A stretch of DNA of 64,000 nucleotides from Candidatus Undivivens industriae (GCA_012514745.1 JAAYZR010000002.1:104962-168961), one strand, 5' to 3'; positions 28,090 to 38,401 are shown, counted from the first letter of the stretch. Made by a program: numbers and translations. The notes: generated by a model from the letters alone, not told the origin.

Positions 28090-28434
28090 ATGGAATATAT
28101 AGAACAGCCAGACGGGAGCCCGGAAGACCAGAGATTGTTCGAGCGTATTCAGGGTCAATTCCCCGTAAAGTACACCGACCTGTATTCGCATATCTCTGGA
28201 GAAGCGGTTTCAAGCGACATCAGCGCTTACGGCCTCGGCATGATCTCCGGAACTGAACTGCAGTCTTCGGCGGATCTCGAGATATGGGTGAACGTTCCCG
28301 ACCAGGGCCAGCCGCTTTACGCCAGGGGCAGGGTAGTTTGGTGCAGGCCGGAAGGCGTGAAGAGCTATCGCATGGGTATCCGTCTGGAGAATGCCGAACT
28401 AATGAGGTTTTCCAGGGTTATGCGGCTGCATTGA
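28090..28434 (+). CDS. single-domain PilZ protein
   Basis: RxxxR (RLFERIQ) and DISAYGLG motifs. Confidence 0.65.
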   Translation: MEYIEQPDGSPEDQRLFERIQGQFPVKYTDLYSHISGEAVSSDISAYGLGMISGTELQSSADLEIWVNVPDQGQPLYARGRVVWCRPEGVKSYRMGIRLENAELMRFSRVMRLH

Positions 28435-28591
28435 TATACCCGGCGGCGTACGCGGTCCCGTCCCGATATAAAAATCTTGACCATATAATAAACATGTGTT
28501 AGAGTTAAACACATCTTATTTTATCCGCACTACAACCAACTGTCGGTAAATCCAGTTACAGCACAAGATTTCCGGCTCGAGAGGAGGCTCA

Positions 28592-29911
28592 ATGGCGGTA
28601 AAATTCTCCGGCTGTCTGAGAGGGGTATCGGCCTTTTCAATTCTAAGTCTGCTTTGCCTGTGCGGGTGCTCGCCTACGCCTGCGGAGAATAAGAATTCCG
28701 TGGTCATCTGGCACTGGATGACCGACCGTCAGCCCGCGTTCGAGGAATTGAGCCGCCGGTATGAAGAATTGACCGGCGTGAAAGTTACCTTCGAACTCTA
28801 CGCTCCTTCCGACGCCTATTCCCAGAAGATCAGGGCCGCCGCGCAGAGCGTGAGTCTGCCCGATATATTCGGCATACTGGGAGAAAAACGCGATTTCTCC
28901 TCTTTCGTCAAGGCGGGCCATATACTTGATATAACTCCTTATATGTCGTCGGACAACGGTAAATGGAAGAACGTGTTCTTTTCCAAAGCCCTGGCCGTCA
29001 ACGAGTTTTCTTCCGATAATACCTATGGGGTCACCCCGGGCATATACGGGGTCCCTATCGACATAACAACCATCCAGATGGTCTATAATAAGAAGCTGCT
29101 GAAACAGATAGGCGGAAATCCTAATAGGCCTCCGGCCACTCTGGAGGAATTCCTCGCTTTAGGACCGAAGATCAAGGCTTCCGGTATCCAGGGTCTTGTT
29201 TCCGGGTGGGGAGAAGTGTGGATGGTCGATTGTATGGCAAATAATTACGCCTTCAACGTGATGGGGAAAGACAAGGTATTGGCTACAATAAGAGGCGACG
29301 TCCCTTATACAGATCCGGACTGGATCAAGGTTTTCGAGATATTCAATCAAATGCAGAACTCCGGGGTGCTGGCGAACGGACTTGTAACCATGGTCAACAA
29401 GAACGCCGAGCAGCTTTTTGCCAACGAAAAGGCCGTGTTCGCGTTCAACGGCTCCTGGTGCGTGAATGTTTACAAGGGTATGACTCCCGGCTTGGAGTTC
29501 GGCGCCATGCTGCCGCCGGCGGTGAGTTCCAGGTATCCTATGGTAATCTGGGGCGGGGCGGGATCTTCTTTTATGGTTAACGCCAGATCACCGAGGAAGG
29601 AAGAGGCGGTCAAGTTCTTGCGTTGGCTTACCGACCGTGAACAGCAGGTCTTTTTGGCGGAGATAACGCTTAACCTGCCGGCGAACAAAGACAGCCTGAA
29701 GAAAATATCCGACGTGCTGGCGCAATTCGCGGACGATATAGAGACTTCCACGCATCCCAACGTGTGGGGAGTTTCCGAATTCCCCACCGTGGTCGAAGCC
29801 CTTGACAAGGGGATTCAGTCCATAGTTATCGGGGAGAAAACCTCCGTGCAGGTGGCGGAAGAGGTGCAGAAGATAAAACAAAGGGAATTGTCGAAGAAAA
29901 ACAACAAGTAA
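28592..29911 (+). CDS. ABC transporter substrate-binding lipoprotein (family 1, carbohydrate)
   Basis: Lipoprotein signal LCLCGCS; MalE-like SBP length and composition. Confidence 0.8.
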   Translation: MAVKFSGCLRGVSAFSILSLLCLCGCSPTPAENKNSVVIWHWMTDRQPAFEELSRRYEELTGVKVTFELYAPSDAYSQKIRAAAQSVSLPDIFGILGEKRDFSSFVKAGHILDITPYMSSDNGKWKNVFFSKALAVNEFSSDNTYGVTPGIYGVPIDITTIQMVYNKKLLKQIGGNPNRPPATLEEFLALGPKIKASGIQGLVSGWGEVWMVDCMANNYAFNVMGKDKVLATIRGDVPYTDPDWIKVFEIFNQMQNSGVLANGLVTMVNKNAEQLFANEKAVFAFNGSWCVNVYKGMTPGLEFGAMLPPAVSSRYPMVIWGGAGSSFMVNARSPRKEEAVKFLRWLTDREQQVFLAEITLNLPANKDSLKKISDVLAQFADDIETSTHPNVWGVSEFPTVVEALDKGIQSIVIGEKTSVQVAEEVQKIKQRELSKKNNK

Positions 29912-29953
29912 CATCCGCCGCGCGGCCGGCGCCCGGGCGGTCAAACGTCTCAT

Positions 29954-30832
29954 ATGCGTATTAAATCGACACTGGAAAATTATCTTTTTGTTCTGCCCGC
30001 GGTCGCGATTTTCCTTATTTTCTATCTTATCCCGTTCATTTGGGTCTTCCAGCTCGGTATGTATGAATGGGACGGTATCCTTCCTACCAAGACTTTTGTC
30101 GGCCTGTCTAATTTCAAAGAAGTCCTTACTCAGGACAACATCTGGTGGCTTTCCATGCGGCAAGCCGGGTATATTACCCTGATCGCTATTATCTTTCAGA
30201 ACGCGATGGCTTTTATGCTGGCCATGGCCTGCGACAGGGAAATAAAGATGAAGAATTTCTTCCGGCTCGTCTTTTTTATCCCGCCGGTGCTTTCCGAGGT
30301 GGTAGTCGGCCTTGTATGGCAGTGGATACTCGACGGCAATTACGGTCTTCTTAATGCCTGGCTGCTCAAAATGGGGCTGCCTCATCTGGCCAAGAACTGG
30401 CTTTCGGATCCGCAGACCGCGCTTACTACCGTGGCCGTGGTGCACTGCTGGAAAGGCTTCGGCTGGGGCTTTCTGATTTTCCTGGCCGGACTACAGACGA
30501 TCCCGCGGGAGTTGTATGAAGCCGCGCGCGTGGACGGGGCCAACGCCTGGGCGAGTTTCAAGAACATAACCCTGCCGTTGATGATCCCGGTAGCCATACT
30601 GGTTGCTATCCTTACCGTCCTGGGCACCATGCAGGCGTTCGTTTTGATTATAGCCATGACCGGCGGCGGCCCGGCTTACCACACGCAGGTGCCGGTGCTG
30701 CGCATATTGGCTTCCATGCGCGGATCGTCGCGTTTCGGCTACGCCTGCGCACAGGGCATTGTTTTCGGGGTGGTGTTGATAATAATTTCGTTCGTGCAAT
30801 ACCGTTTTTCCAAGAGATCAAGGCAATATTAA
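29954..30832 (+). CDS. carbohydrate ABC transporter permease (MalF-like)
   Basis: 6 TM segments; EAA-like loop (ELYEAARVDGANAW). Confidence 0.8.
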   Translation: MRIKSTLENYLFVLPAVAIFLIFYLIPFIWVFQLGMYEWDGILPTKTFVGLSNFKEVLTQDNIWWLSMRQAGYITLIAIIFQNAMAFMLAMACDREIKMKNFFRLVFFIPPVLSEVVVGLVWQWILDGNYGLLNAWLLKMGLPHLAKNWLSDPQTALTTVAVVHCWKGFGWGFLIFLAGLQTIPRELYEAARVDGANAWASFKNITLPLMIPVAILVAILTVLGTMQAFVLIIAMTGGGPAYHTQVPVLRILASMRGSSRFGYACAQGIVFGVVLIIISFVQYRFSKRSRQY

Positions 30833-30856
30833 CGCGCCGAAGGAGCGTCGTCGTAT

Positions 30857-31705
30857 ATGAAAAGCGATAAATATTACCGCGGTAAGAAAGCAGCAGTGAA
30901 TGTGATAATCTACGCTTTTCTTATAGCGGTGGCGTTGACCTGTATTTTCCCGCTGCTCTGGATGTTCTCTTCCAGCCTGAAGACGCAGGAAACCATTTTC
31001 CGGGACATGTCGCTTATTCCCAGGGAGTTTCATTTTGAGAATTACGTCCTGGCCTGGAAGCAGGGCGGGTTCGGGCGGAACTTTTTCAACAGCATCGTTT
31101 ATACCTCGATCGTCGTGCTCGGCATAGTGGTGGTTTCCTCCCTGGCCGCTTACGCCTTTTCCAGGTTCACCTTCCCGGGCAGGAACCTTATTTTCTATAT
31201 GTTCATGGCGGCGATGATGATCCCTATCCCCGGCAGCTTCGTCCCGCTTTATGTTCTGTTGAACAAGTTGCACCTGCGCAACACCGCCATAGGCTATATA
31301 CTTTGCATGATCAACGTTGGATTGTCGACCAGCATCTTTCTTCTGAAGACTTTTTTCGACAAGATGCCTAAGGAACTCGAAGACGCGGCGAGGATAGACG
31401 GCTGCTCTAAACTCGGCATCTGGCGTCACGTCGCCCTGCCATTGGCGAAGCCCGTTCTGGCTGTCGTGGTAGTTTTGAACGCGCTTAATGTCTGGAACGA
31501 GTATGTGCTGGCGCTGATCATATTCGATTCCAAACCTTTGATGCCGCTGCAGGTGGCGTTGATGACGTTCCAGGGGGAATTCATTACGCGTTATCCGCTG
31601 CTCATGGCCGGGTTGACCATCACCGCCCTGCCTATAATACTAGTTTATATTCTTATGCAAAAATACATAGTCAAAGGCGTAACTCAAGGAGCATTAGTGG
31701 GGTAA
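30857..31705 (+). CDS. carbohydrate ABC transporter permease (MalG-like)
   Basis: EAA loop EDAARIDGCSKLGIW. Confidence 0.8.
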   Translation: MKSDKYYRGKKAAVNVIIYAFLIAVALTCIFPLLWMFSSSLKTQETIFRDMSLIPREFHFENYVLAWKQGGFGRNFFNSIVYTSIVVLGIVVVSSLAAYAFSRFTFPGRNLIFYMFMAAMMIPIPGSFVPLYVLLNKLHLRNTAIGYILCMINVGLSTSIFLLKTFFDKMPKELEDAARIDGCSKLGIWRHVALPLAKPVLAVVVVLNALNVWNEYVLALIIFDSKPLMPLQVALMTFQGEFITRYPLLMAGLTITALPIILVYILMQKYIVKGVTQGALVG

Positions 31706-31707
31706 AT

Positions 31708-34014
31708 ATGAAGATACCTGTTATTTCCTTATGTTTGGCGTTTTTGTTGCTTTCCGGCGGCTCTGCCCGGGCCGGGGACGGCACTCCGGCCGCGAAGGAT
31801 CCGGCCGAATCCTCCTCGACGTTAATCACCAAGTCCTGGCAGGCGCACGGCAGCGGAGACGTGGAAGCCACGTTTAAATACACCGGCAGGTGCATCGAAT
31901 TGTATTCTGCCGAGGCGTTGAAGCAGCAGGGATCGCTGAAGGGGATGCCCTCCAATAAGGACGAAATACAAGCGGTCGCCGTCTTGAACGACGTCGCCAC
32001 CGCTTATTTCATCCAGGCCGAGAGTTATATGAGGCAGGGCAAGAACGACGAGGCTAAAAAGCTGTTCAAGACCATCATAGAGAAATATCCTTTTGCCCAG
32101 GCCTGGGACCAGCGCGGGTGGTATTGGAAGATAGCTCAGGCCTCCGAGCAGAGCGTCAAAAAGATAGAGACCGGTTCTATAGAGATAGAAGAAAAAAAGA
32201 AGGTCAGCCAGCTGCCGACGGTAATAGAACTGTATGATCCGGGGAAAGAGGATGTGGTTGATTATGAAAAATACGGCGAATTCACCAAGACCGGCACCGC
32301 CGAGTATAAATACATCGTCAAGGACCAGGAAGGCTTGAGCGCGGCGGTGGGCGAGGGAATCTACCCCAATACCACTTCCATCCGCTGGGACCCTGCCTAC
32401 AAAAAAGCGCAGAAGGAAAAAAGGCTGGAGGGATCGCATTGGGATTACGTGCATTCCCCGGATCTGGAAGCGGCTTTTCTAAAATGGGCCACGGCTCCGG
32501 AACCGCAGGGCGTCAAACTTTTCTATCTCGGATTGATACTGGAAAAATCCGGACTTTATAAGCACGCGCTGAAGTGTTATTACGCGATAGTCGTGCATTT
32601 CCCGGGGACTTACGGCTGGACTTATTGGCACACACCCTGGTATGTGGGGCAGGCCGCCATCGCCAAGATAAAACACATATTGCGCAACAACCCCTCGCTC
32701 GGATATAAACTGGCCGGGGCGGACATAAAGATATTGAACGGTTTCGACAACGACGTATCCAACGATATGGCGGTGACGACACCGGGAAAATTCGTGAAAA
32801 CATCTTCTCTGGACAAGATGAAGGGACGTCTGTCCGACGGACGGGTTCCTGCGGTGAAAAAGCGGCTGGGATGCGGGAAGGTGCATCTTGTCCAATACGA
32901 AGACGACGGCTGGCAGTTGATCGTCGAAGGCAAACCGTACGTGATCAGGGCCGTTACTTACGCCCCCACCAAGATCGGACAGTCCCCCGATGAGGGGACT
33001 CTCGGGAACTGGATGGAGGAAGATTTCAATGCCAACGGCAAGATAGACGGCCCTTACGATGCTTTCGTGGACAAGAACAGGAACAACATCCGGGACGCCA
33101 ATGAGCCGGCGGTAGGTGATTTCAAGCTGATGAAGGATATGGGCATAAACACGATCAGACTTTATCATCATCCCAAGACAATCAACAAGGAACTGATGCG
33201 CGCGATGTACAAGGATTACGGCATCAGGGTGATAGTGGGGGATTTCCTCGGCAAATACGCCATAGGTTCCGGCGCGTCTTGGTATCCGGGAACGGATTAT
33301 AACGACGAAGATCACAAGAAGAAAATGATGGAAACCGTGCTCGGCATGGTTAAGGAATTCAAGGACGAGCCTTATGTCCTGTTCTGGCTGCTGGGCAACG
33401 AGAATGTTTACGGATTCGCCTGCAATGCCGACAAGGAGCCGGAGGCTTTCTTTAAGTTCGCCAACGAAGTGGCCGGAAGGATCAAAGAGATCGATCCGGA
33501 ACATCCGGTGGCGATATGCAGCGGAGACGTTCTCTTCCTGGATAAGTACGGTAAGAACGCTCCCGACGTGGATATTTTCGGCACCAACGCCTACCGCGGA
33601 GACTATGGTTTCGGGTTCCTCTGGCGCCAGGTCAAGGAAGAAACGGGCAAACCGGCGTTCATCACGGAATACGGATGTCCGGCTTTTTCCCTGGGCTTTA
33701 GCGTGGAGGAAGCGGAAAAGGCGCAGGCCGAATACCATCGCGGGACCTGGGAGGACATAGAGGAGAATATGGCTTTTCATGAGGGAGAGGGCAACGCAAT
33801 CGGAGGGGTGATCTTCGAATGGCTGGACGAATGGTGGAAGGCCTATGAACCTTCCATGCACGATACCAAAGGTTTGTTTACGGGGCCTTTCCCGGACGGA
33901 TTCATGCACGAAGAGTGGCTGGGTATCTGCGGGCAGGGCGACGGCAAGAACAGCCCGTTCCTGCGGGAATTAAGGCCGGCGTATTTCATGTATAAAAAGA
34001 AATGGAACAGGTGA
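31708..34014 (+). CDS. secreted glycoside hydrolase, clan GH-A-like TIM barrel, with a roughly 380-aa N-terminal TPR-like extension
   Basis: Signal peptide. The catalytic-type motifs LGNENVY (acid/base) and ITEYGCP (nucleophile) are present. It is a paralog of the 35355-36755 gene. Confidence 0.6.
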   Translation: MKIPVISLCLAFLLLSGGSARAGDGTPAAKDPAESSSTLITKSWQAHGSGDVEATFKYTGRCIELYSAEALKQQGSLKGMPSNKDEIQAVAVLNDVATAYFIQAESYMRQGKNDEAKKLFKTIIEKYPFAQAWDQRGWYWKIAQASEQSVKKIETGSIEIEEKKKVSQLPTVIELYDPGKEDVVDYEKYGEFTKTGTAEYKYIVKDQEGLSAAVGEGIYPNTTSIRWDPAYKKAQKEKRLEGSHWDYVHSPDLEAAFLKWATAPEPQGVKLFYLGLILEKSGLYKHALKCYYAIVVHFPGTYGWTYWHTPWYVGQAAIAKIKHILRNNPSLGYKLAGADIKILNGFDNDVSNDMAVTTPGKFVKTSSLDKMKGRLSDGRVPAVKKRLGCGKVHLVQYEDDGWQLIVEGKPYVIRAVTYAPTKIGQSPDEGTLGNWMEEDFNANGKIDGPYDAFVDKNRNNIRDANEPAVGDFKLMKDMGINTIRLYHHPKTINKELMRAMYKDYGIRVIVGDFLGKYAIGSGASWYPGTDYNDEDHKKKMMETVLGMVKEFKDEPYVLFWLLGNENVYGFACNADKEPEAFFKFANEVAGRIKEIDPEHPVAICSGDVLFLDKYGKNAPDVDIFGTNAYRGDYGFGFLWRQVKEETGKPAFITEYGCPAFSLGFSVEEAEKAQAEYHRGTWEDIEENMAFHEGEGNAIGGVIFEWLDEWWKAYEPSMHDTKGLFTGPFPDGFMHEEWLGICGQGDGKNSPFLRELRPAYFMYKKKWNR

Positions 34015-34222
34015 ACGGTTCGCACGTTCGCTATTTCATATTACTGGGAGGTAGAAAGGAGGAGCACAGGCAACAAGCGCAGTTGAATCGAATCAGGTAA
34101 AGATATGTTTTTAAGGAAACGTTCACTTTCACGCTGGCGTCCGGTCTTGATGTGTGCGGCAGCGGAAAGGGAAGGAACGCGGCACAATAACCGGCCGCGC
34201 TCCATCATGGAGGGGTTTTCAG

Positions 34223-35374
34223 ATGAGAAAATTATTAATGGTTACTTTAATTGCCGTATTCGCTTCGGCATTCACGACTACTCTTGAACGCGCGCAGGCG
34301 GATAACCTGAAGTCGTTCAGCGTTTACACCGACAGTAAATCTCCCGACAACCATTACGCGGCTTCCGGCTGGATGGGGGATTTCGGCGATATCAAGATGA
34401 ACGATCAGGCTTTGGAGAATCCTCATTCAGGGTCCACCAGCATAGAGTTCTCTTATTCCGCCAAGAAATCGCAGGGCCAGGGATGGGCCGGCGTTTATTG
34501 GCAGAATCCCGCCAATAACTGGGGAAGCAAAAAGGGAGGATTCGATCTTACCGGCATGACCAAGCTGACTTTTTGGGCGCGCGGCGCCAAAGGCGGCGAG
34601 ATCATCCAGAAGTTCGTAGTGGGAGGGATAAAAGGCGATTATTCCGATTCCGCGGCGGCCGAGTTCGGGCCTGTGGAATTGACCGATACCTGGAAGGAAT
34701 ACACGATCAATCTCGCCGGCCGCGATCTGTCCTATATAAGCGGCGGATTCGGCTGGGTGGCGACAGCCGACCTGAATCCCGACGGATGCGTTTTCTATAT
34801 CGACGATATAAAGTTCTCCGTCGATCAGGAGATGAAACCGGAGGGAAAGAAGCAGCAGGATATGCCTTTTTATGTCTACTCCGACAAAAGCTCGGTAAGC
34901 AACCATTTCGTGGCTTCCGGCTGGATGGGGGACTACGGCGACATAAAATATGAGGGTTCTTCCACCGAGGATCCCTATCTCGGCGATACCTGTATCAAGG
35001 TGGTCTATACCGCCAAAGGCGCGCAGGGCGCGCGCTGGGGAGGCATATACTGGCAGAATCCGGCCAACAACTGGGGCAGCATAGACGCCGGGTTTGACCT
35101 TTCCAAGGCGACCAAGGTTACCTTCTGGGCGCGCGGCGCAAAAGGCGGCGAGCGCATAGAGGAGTTCAAGATCGGCGGTATAATGGGAGAGTTTTCCGAC
35201 TCGGACACCGCAGGTATAGGCCCTGTCGTTCTTACCAAGGACTGGCAGCAGTATTCGATCGACCTGAAAGGCAAAGACCTTTCTTTCATCATAGGAGGTT
35301 TTTGCTGGGCGACCAACGCCGACGTTAATCCGGACGGCGTAATCTTCTACCTGGATGAAATCAAATACGAATAA
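34223..35374 (+). CDS. secreted protein made of two tandem duplicated ~190-aa beta-sandwich-like modules (putative carbohydrate-binding)
   Basis: Internal repeat: SGWMGDFGDIK...YWQNPANNWGS...TFWARGAKGGE...PDGCVFYIDDIKF recurs as SGWMGDYGDIKY...YWQNPANNWGS...TFWARGAKGGE...PDGVIFYLDEIKYE. Signal peptide present; GGAGG RBS. Confidence 0.55.
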   Translation: MRKLLMVTLIAVFASAFTTTLERAQADNLKSFSVYTDSKSPDNHYAASGWMGDFGDIKMNDQALENPHSGSTSIEFSYSAKKSQGQGWAGVYWQNPANNWGSKKGGFDLTGMTKLTFWARGAKGGEIIQKFVVGGIKGDYSDSAAAEFGPVELTDTWKEYTINLAGRDLSYISGGFGWVATADLNPDGCVFYIDDIKFSVDQEMKPEGKKQQDMPFYVYSDKSSVSNHFVASGWMGDYGDIKYEGSSTEDPYLGDTCIKVVYTAKGAQGARWGGIYWQNPANNWGSIDAGFDLSKATKVTFWARGAKGGERIEEFKIGGIMGEFSDSDTAGIGPVVLTKDWQQYSIDLKGKDLSFIIGGFCWATNADVNPDGVIFYLDEIKYE

Positions 35375-36755
35375 CACCGCCGCCGGCAGCGCCGACGGCA
35401 ACAAAACCGGTATCGCGGGCCGCGGGGCGTCGTTCCCCGCGGCTTGCGGTATTCTTCTGGCATGTCTTTTTCTGCTTTGCGGTATGTCCGCCAAGCCGCC
35501 CGCCAAAGTAGCCATACGCACTCTCAAGAACGGCGATTACCAGCTATTGGTCTGCGGAAGGCCTTACGTGGTGAAAGGAGTCTGTTACAACCCGGTTCCC
35601 ATCGGGCAGGGATCGGATTACGCATGGTGGCAGGATACACATAAACCCTGGCTTACAGACGGCAGGATGATGAAAGCGATGGGAGTGAATACCATCCGTT
35701 TATACGAGCCGGCAGACGACGCCGCCGAGGTGAAGGCGGTCTTGAACGATCTTTACAAGTTTTACAATATACGGGTGATCATGGGCAACTGGCTCGGGTT
35801 CTGGGAGTACCCGGGTCCTTTCTACGGAGACCGGGATTTTCGCGACAAGGTCAAAGAGAAAGTGCTCGAGATGGTGCGCACGTATAAAGACGAACCGGGC
35901 ATACTTTTCTGGCTGCTGGGCAACGAGAATAATTATTCTTTCTCCGGGCAGATAAATCCCTGGAGCACCGACGAGATAGATAAAGAGCCGGACCCGATAA
36001 AACAAAGGGCCATGCGCGCCAGGATATATTACACATTCGTTAACGAACTGGCGCAGGAGATACACAAGATAGATCCGTACCACCCGGTGGCGCTCGGCAA
36101 CGGCGAACTTGTCGGGCTGGAGTGCGCGGCTAATTATTGTCCCGACGTCGATCTGCTGGGGTGCATAATCTACAGAGGAAAGACTTTCGGGAACCTGTTT
36201 AATTCTCTTAAGGCGACTTTCGATAAACCGGTGGTGTTGACCGAATTCGGCGCCGATAGCTACGATTCCTACCGCAACAGGGAAGATCAGGATATGCAGG
36301 CGTTTTTCCTTGAATCACAGTGGAGACAGATATACCAGAATCTTGCCGGCAGCCGCGAGGGCACGGGCAACTGCCTCGGCGGGGTAATGTTCGAGTGGAC
36401 AGACGAGTGGTGGAAGAATAACCCGAATTCCCCGGCCACCTGGACGGTGCAAGACACTCAGCCGCGCTGGTCGAATGGGAGTTATTATTTCGACATAAAG
36501 GCCAAAGACAGCCTGAACATGAACGAGGAATGGTTCGGGATCGTGGCGCTTTCTCCGAACGATAAAGGATCGGGATTGGACTTGCGCATCCCGCGTAAGG
36601 CTTATTATGTGGTGAGGGAATTCTGGAAAAGGCCGCGGAACAACAGGGAGATACAAAAAGAACCGTTGGAAAAGAATACCGCGGGAAGCGGCCTCAAAGG
36701 ACTGCCGATCAAGGATCTGATCAAACAATGTCCGTTGGAGGACGGGAAGAAATAA
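35355..36755 (+). CDS. glycoside hydrolase, clan GH-A-like TIM barrel (paralog of the 31708-34014 C-terminal domain)
   Basis: LGNENNYSF and VLTEFGADSY motifs; collinear with the catalytic domain of the upstream GH gene. Confidence 0.6.
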   Translation: MKSNTNNTAAGSADGNKTGIAGRGASFPAACGILLACLFLLCGMSAKPPAKVAIRTLKNGDYQLLVCGRPYVVKGVCYNPVPIGQGSDYAWWQDTHKPWLTDGRMMKAMGVNTIRLYEPADDAAEVKAVLNDLYKFYNIRVIMGNWLGFWEYPGPFYGDRDFRDKVKEKVLEMVRTYKDEPGILFWLLGNENNYSFSGQINPWSTDEIDKEPDPIKQRAMRARIYYTFVNELAQEIHKIDPYHPVALGNGELVGLECAANYCPDVDLLGCIIYRGKTFGNLFNSLKATFDKPVVLTEFGADSYDSYRNREDQDMQAFFLESQWRQIYQNLAGSREGTGNCLGGVMFEWTDEWWKNNPNSPATWTVQDTQPRWSNGSYYFDIKAKDSLNMNEEWFGIVALSPNDKGSGLDLRIPRKAYYVVREFWKRPRNNREIQKEPLEKNTAGSGLKGLPIKDLIKQCPLEDGKK

Positions 36756-38401
36756 TGGGGAAAACACTAATATATAATACGATTTTTCCGGTAATACTCC
36801 TGCTCGCCGCGTTTGTTCCTTTCAGGCAGGCTTGCCCGGCGGAGCCGGATATCTGCGCAGCGTGCCTTAGGGACGCCCTTTCCTCCGGCAAGAACGATGA
36901 CACATCCTCCTCGGACGCTTTACCGGCAACTCTGCAGAAATTGCGGGAATGTTATTATTCCTCCGGCAGATACGGCGAGTTCGTTTCCGCCCTTAAGACA
37001 ATCGCGGCGAAGAAAAAAGAGCTGGCCGGATGGGCTTATTATTATGCCGGAGCTGCCAGATACGACCAGCTGGCAGCTCTCCAGGCGGATAAGAAATGGG
37101 ATGAATATTTCTCCAGCGGAGATACTTACCGGCGTGAGGCCGTGGAATACGCACAAAAGGCGGTGAAATCGGCTGTCGGGAGAGGGGCCCTGCCGGTATA
37201 TTCGAGACTTTTATTATGGCAGACCCTGCGCGAGAACCAGGATGAGGCGGCCGCAGCGGCGCTTCAGGAACTATTGTCTGCCGTACGTGAATACGCTTCG
37301 TCGGAAGGCGCCGACCCCGGGGCGGTGAAGGACGCGGCGGACGGGTTGGCAGCCGCCGGAGAAAAGATGAAGGCCGGGGGGCTCTACAAGCTTTACATCG
37401 AAAGAAAGGCTTCCGATGGGGCCGGGCTGGAAGAGATCCGCGCTCTCGCCGAGCAATTCATGGAAGAGGGGAATTCACTGTCTTCGGAACCGGCTTATGA
37501 CGCTTACTTGGAAGGACTACTGCGAAGCCCCGCGTATTCCAAAGAAGAGAAGATAGCCGCGCTCCTCGACATCGCCGGAAAGTTCGTCTACAAAGACAGC
37601 GGCTTCTGCGACCCGGAATATGCCGAGAAGCTCTTTGCCATGGCCGAATCACTTGCCGGCAAGGACGGCTTCGCGGAAGACCAACTTTATACCAGGGCGT
37701 GGAATCTTGAGAAGAGCCGTTCGTTCGAAGCGGCCGCGGAACGTTACGCCGGGCTGGCCGAGAAGTTTCCCGCGGGCAAGTACGCCGATGAGGCGGTGTT
37801 CAAAGCAGGCGCTATAAGAATATACGCTCTTAGAGATACCGAGGGCGGGAAGCGGTATCTGCAGAAGCTCGCGGATTCCGGCAGACAAAACCCTTACGTT
37901 GTGTCCTCCATTTACCACTTAGCATTGTTGCTGCAGTGGGAAGGCGATTCGTCGCGCGCCGCCGAATATTATAACACGCTGATCGGGCTTGCCGGTAAAC
38001 ATTACGAGGAAGAGGTCGATCTCTCCAGGGTCAGAATGGCGGAACTGGCCGGCAATAAACCGATAGAATACAATCTGAGGACTTTTCTTGAGCTTTCCTT
38101 CCGTCAGGAGAATGCCGTGTATAATATGTCTAGGCTGGAATTGAAGGCTTCTCCCGTCCGTCCGGCTCCCGGAGAAAGTATTTCCGTCGCGGCATCGACG
38201 CATACCGCCGAAAGCGGCTGCATGCCGGTAAAACTTTCTTTTCTCTGGTCCGGGCAGACCGGTAAAGACTCCAAGTTGTCCGCCGATAATGCCGGTTTCT
38301 CCGCCGTTTACCGGGAACCGGGCAGCCGCGTCGTCGGCTCCGTGGCGCTGCATCCTTCCGGGACCATAGACCGTTCTTTCGTGATCATTGACGTGCGTTA
38401 A
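36755..38401 (+). CDS. hypothetical secreted protein (helical repeat region plus C-terminal Ig-like domain)
   Basis: Signal peptide MGKTLIYNTIFPVILLLAAF. ATG overlaps the upstream stop codon. No catalytic motif recognised. Confidence 0.45.
   Translation: MGKTLIYNTIFPVILLLAAFVPFRQACPAEPDICAACLRDALSSGKNDDTSSSDALPATLQKLRECYYSSGRYGEFVSALKTIAAKKKELAGWAYYYAGAARYDQLAALQADKKWDEYFSSGDTYRREAVEYAQKAVKSAVGRGALPVYSRLLLWQTLRENQDEAAAAALQELLSAVREYASSEGADPGAVKDAADGLAAAGEKMKAGGLYKLYIERKASDGAGLEEIRALAEQFMEEGNSLSSEPAYDAYLEGLLRSPAYSKEEKIAALLDIAGKFVYKDSGFCDPEYAEKLFAMAESLAGKDGFAEDQLYTRAWNLEKSRSFEAAAERYAGLAEKFPAGKYADEAVFKAGAIRIYALRDTEGGKRYLQKLADSGRQNPYVVSSIYHLALLLQWEGDSSRAAEYYNTLIGLAGKHYEEEVDLSRVRMAELAGNKPIEYNLRTFLELSFRQENAVYNMSRLELKASPVRPAPGESISVAASTHTAESGCMPVKLSFLWSGQTGKDSKLSADNAGFSAVYREPGSRVVGSVALHPSGTIDRSFVIIDVR

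Noticed and set aside
32479-33909. 476-aa minus-strand ORF, and similar long antisense ORFs at 34427-35527, 40671-41546, 49282-50238 and 57433-58479
   Set aside because: They lie entirely antisense to well-supported + strand genes (GH, tandem-module protein, lacI, glnA, amt). They have low-complexity Arg/Pro/Gly-rich translations, typical of spurious open frames in high-GC DNA.
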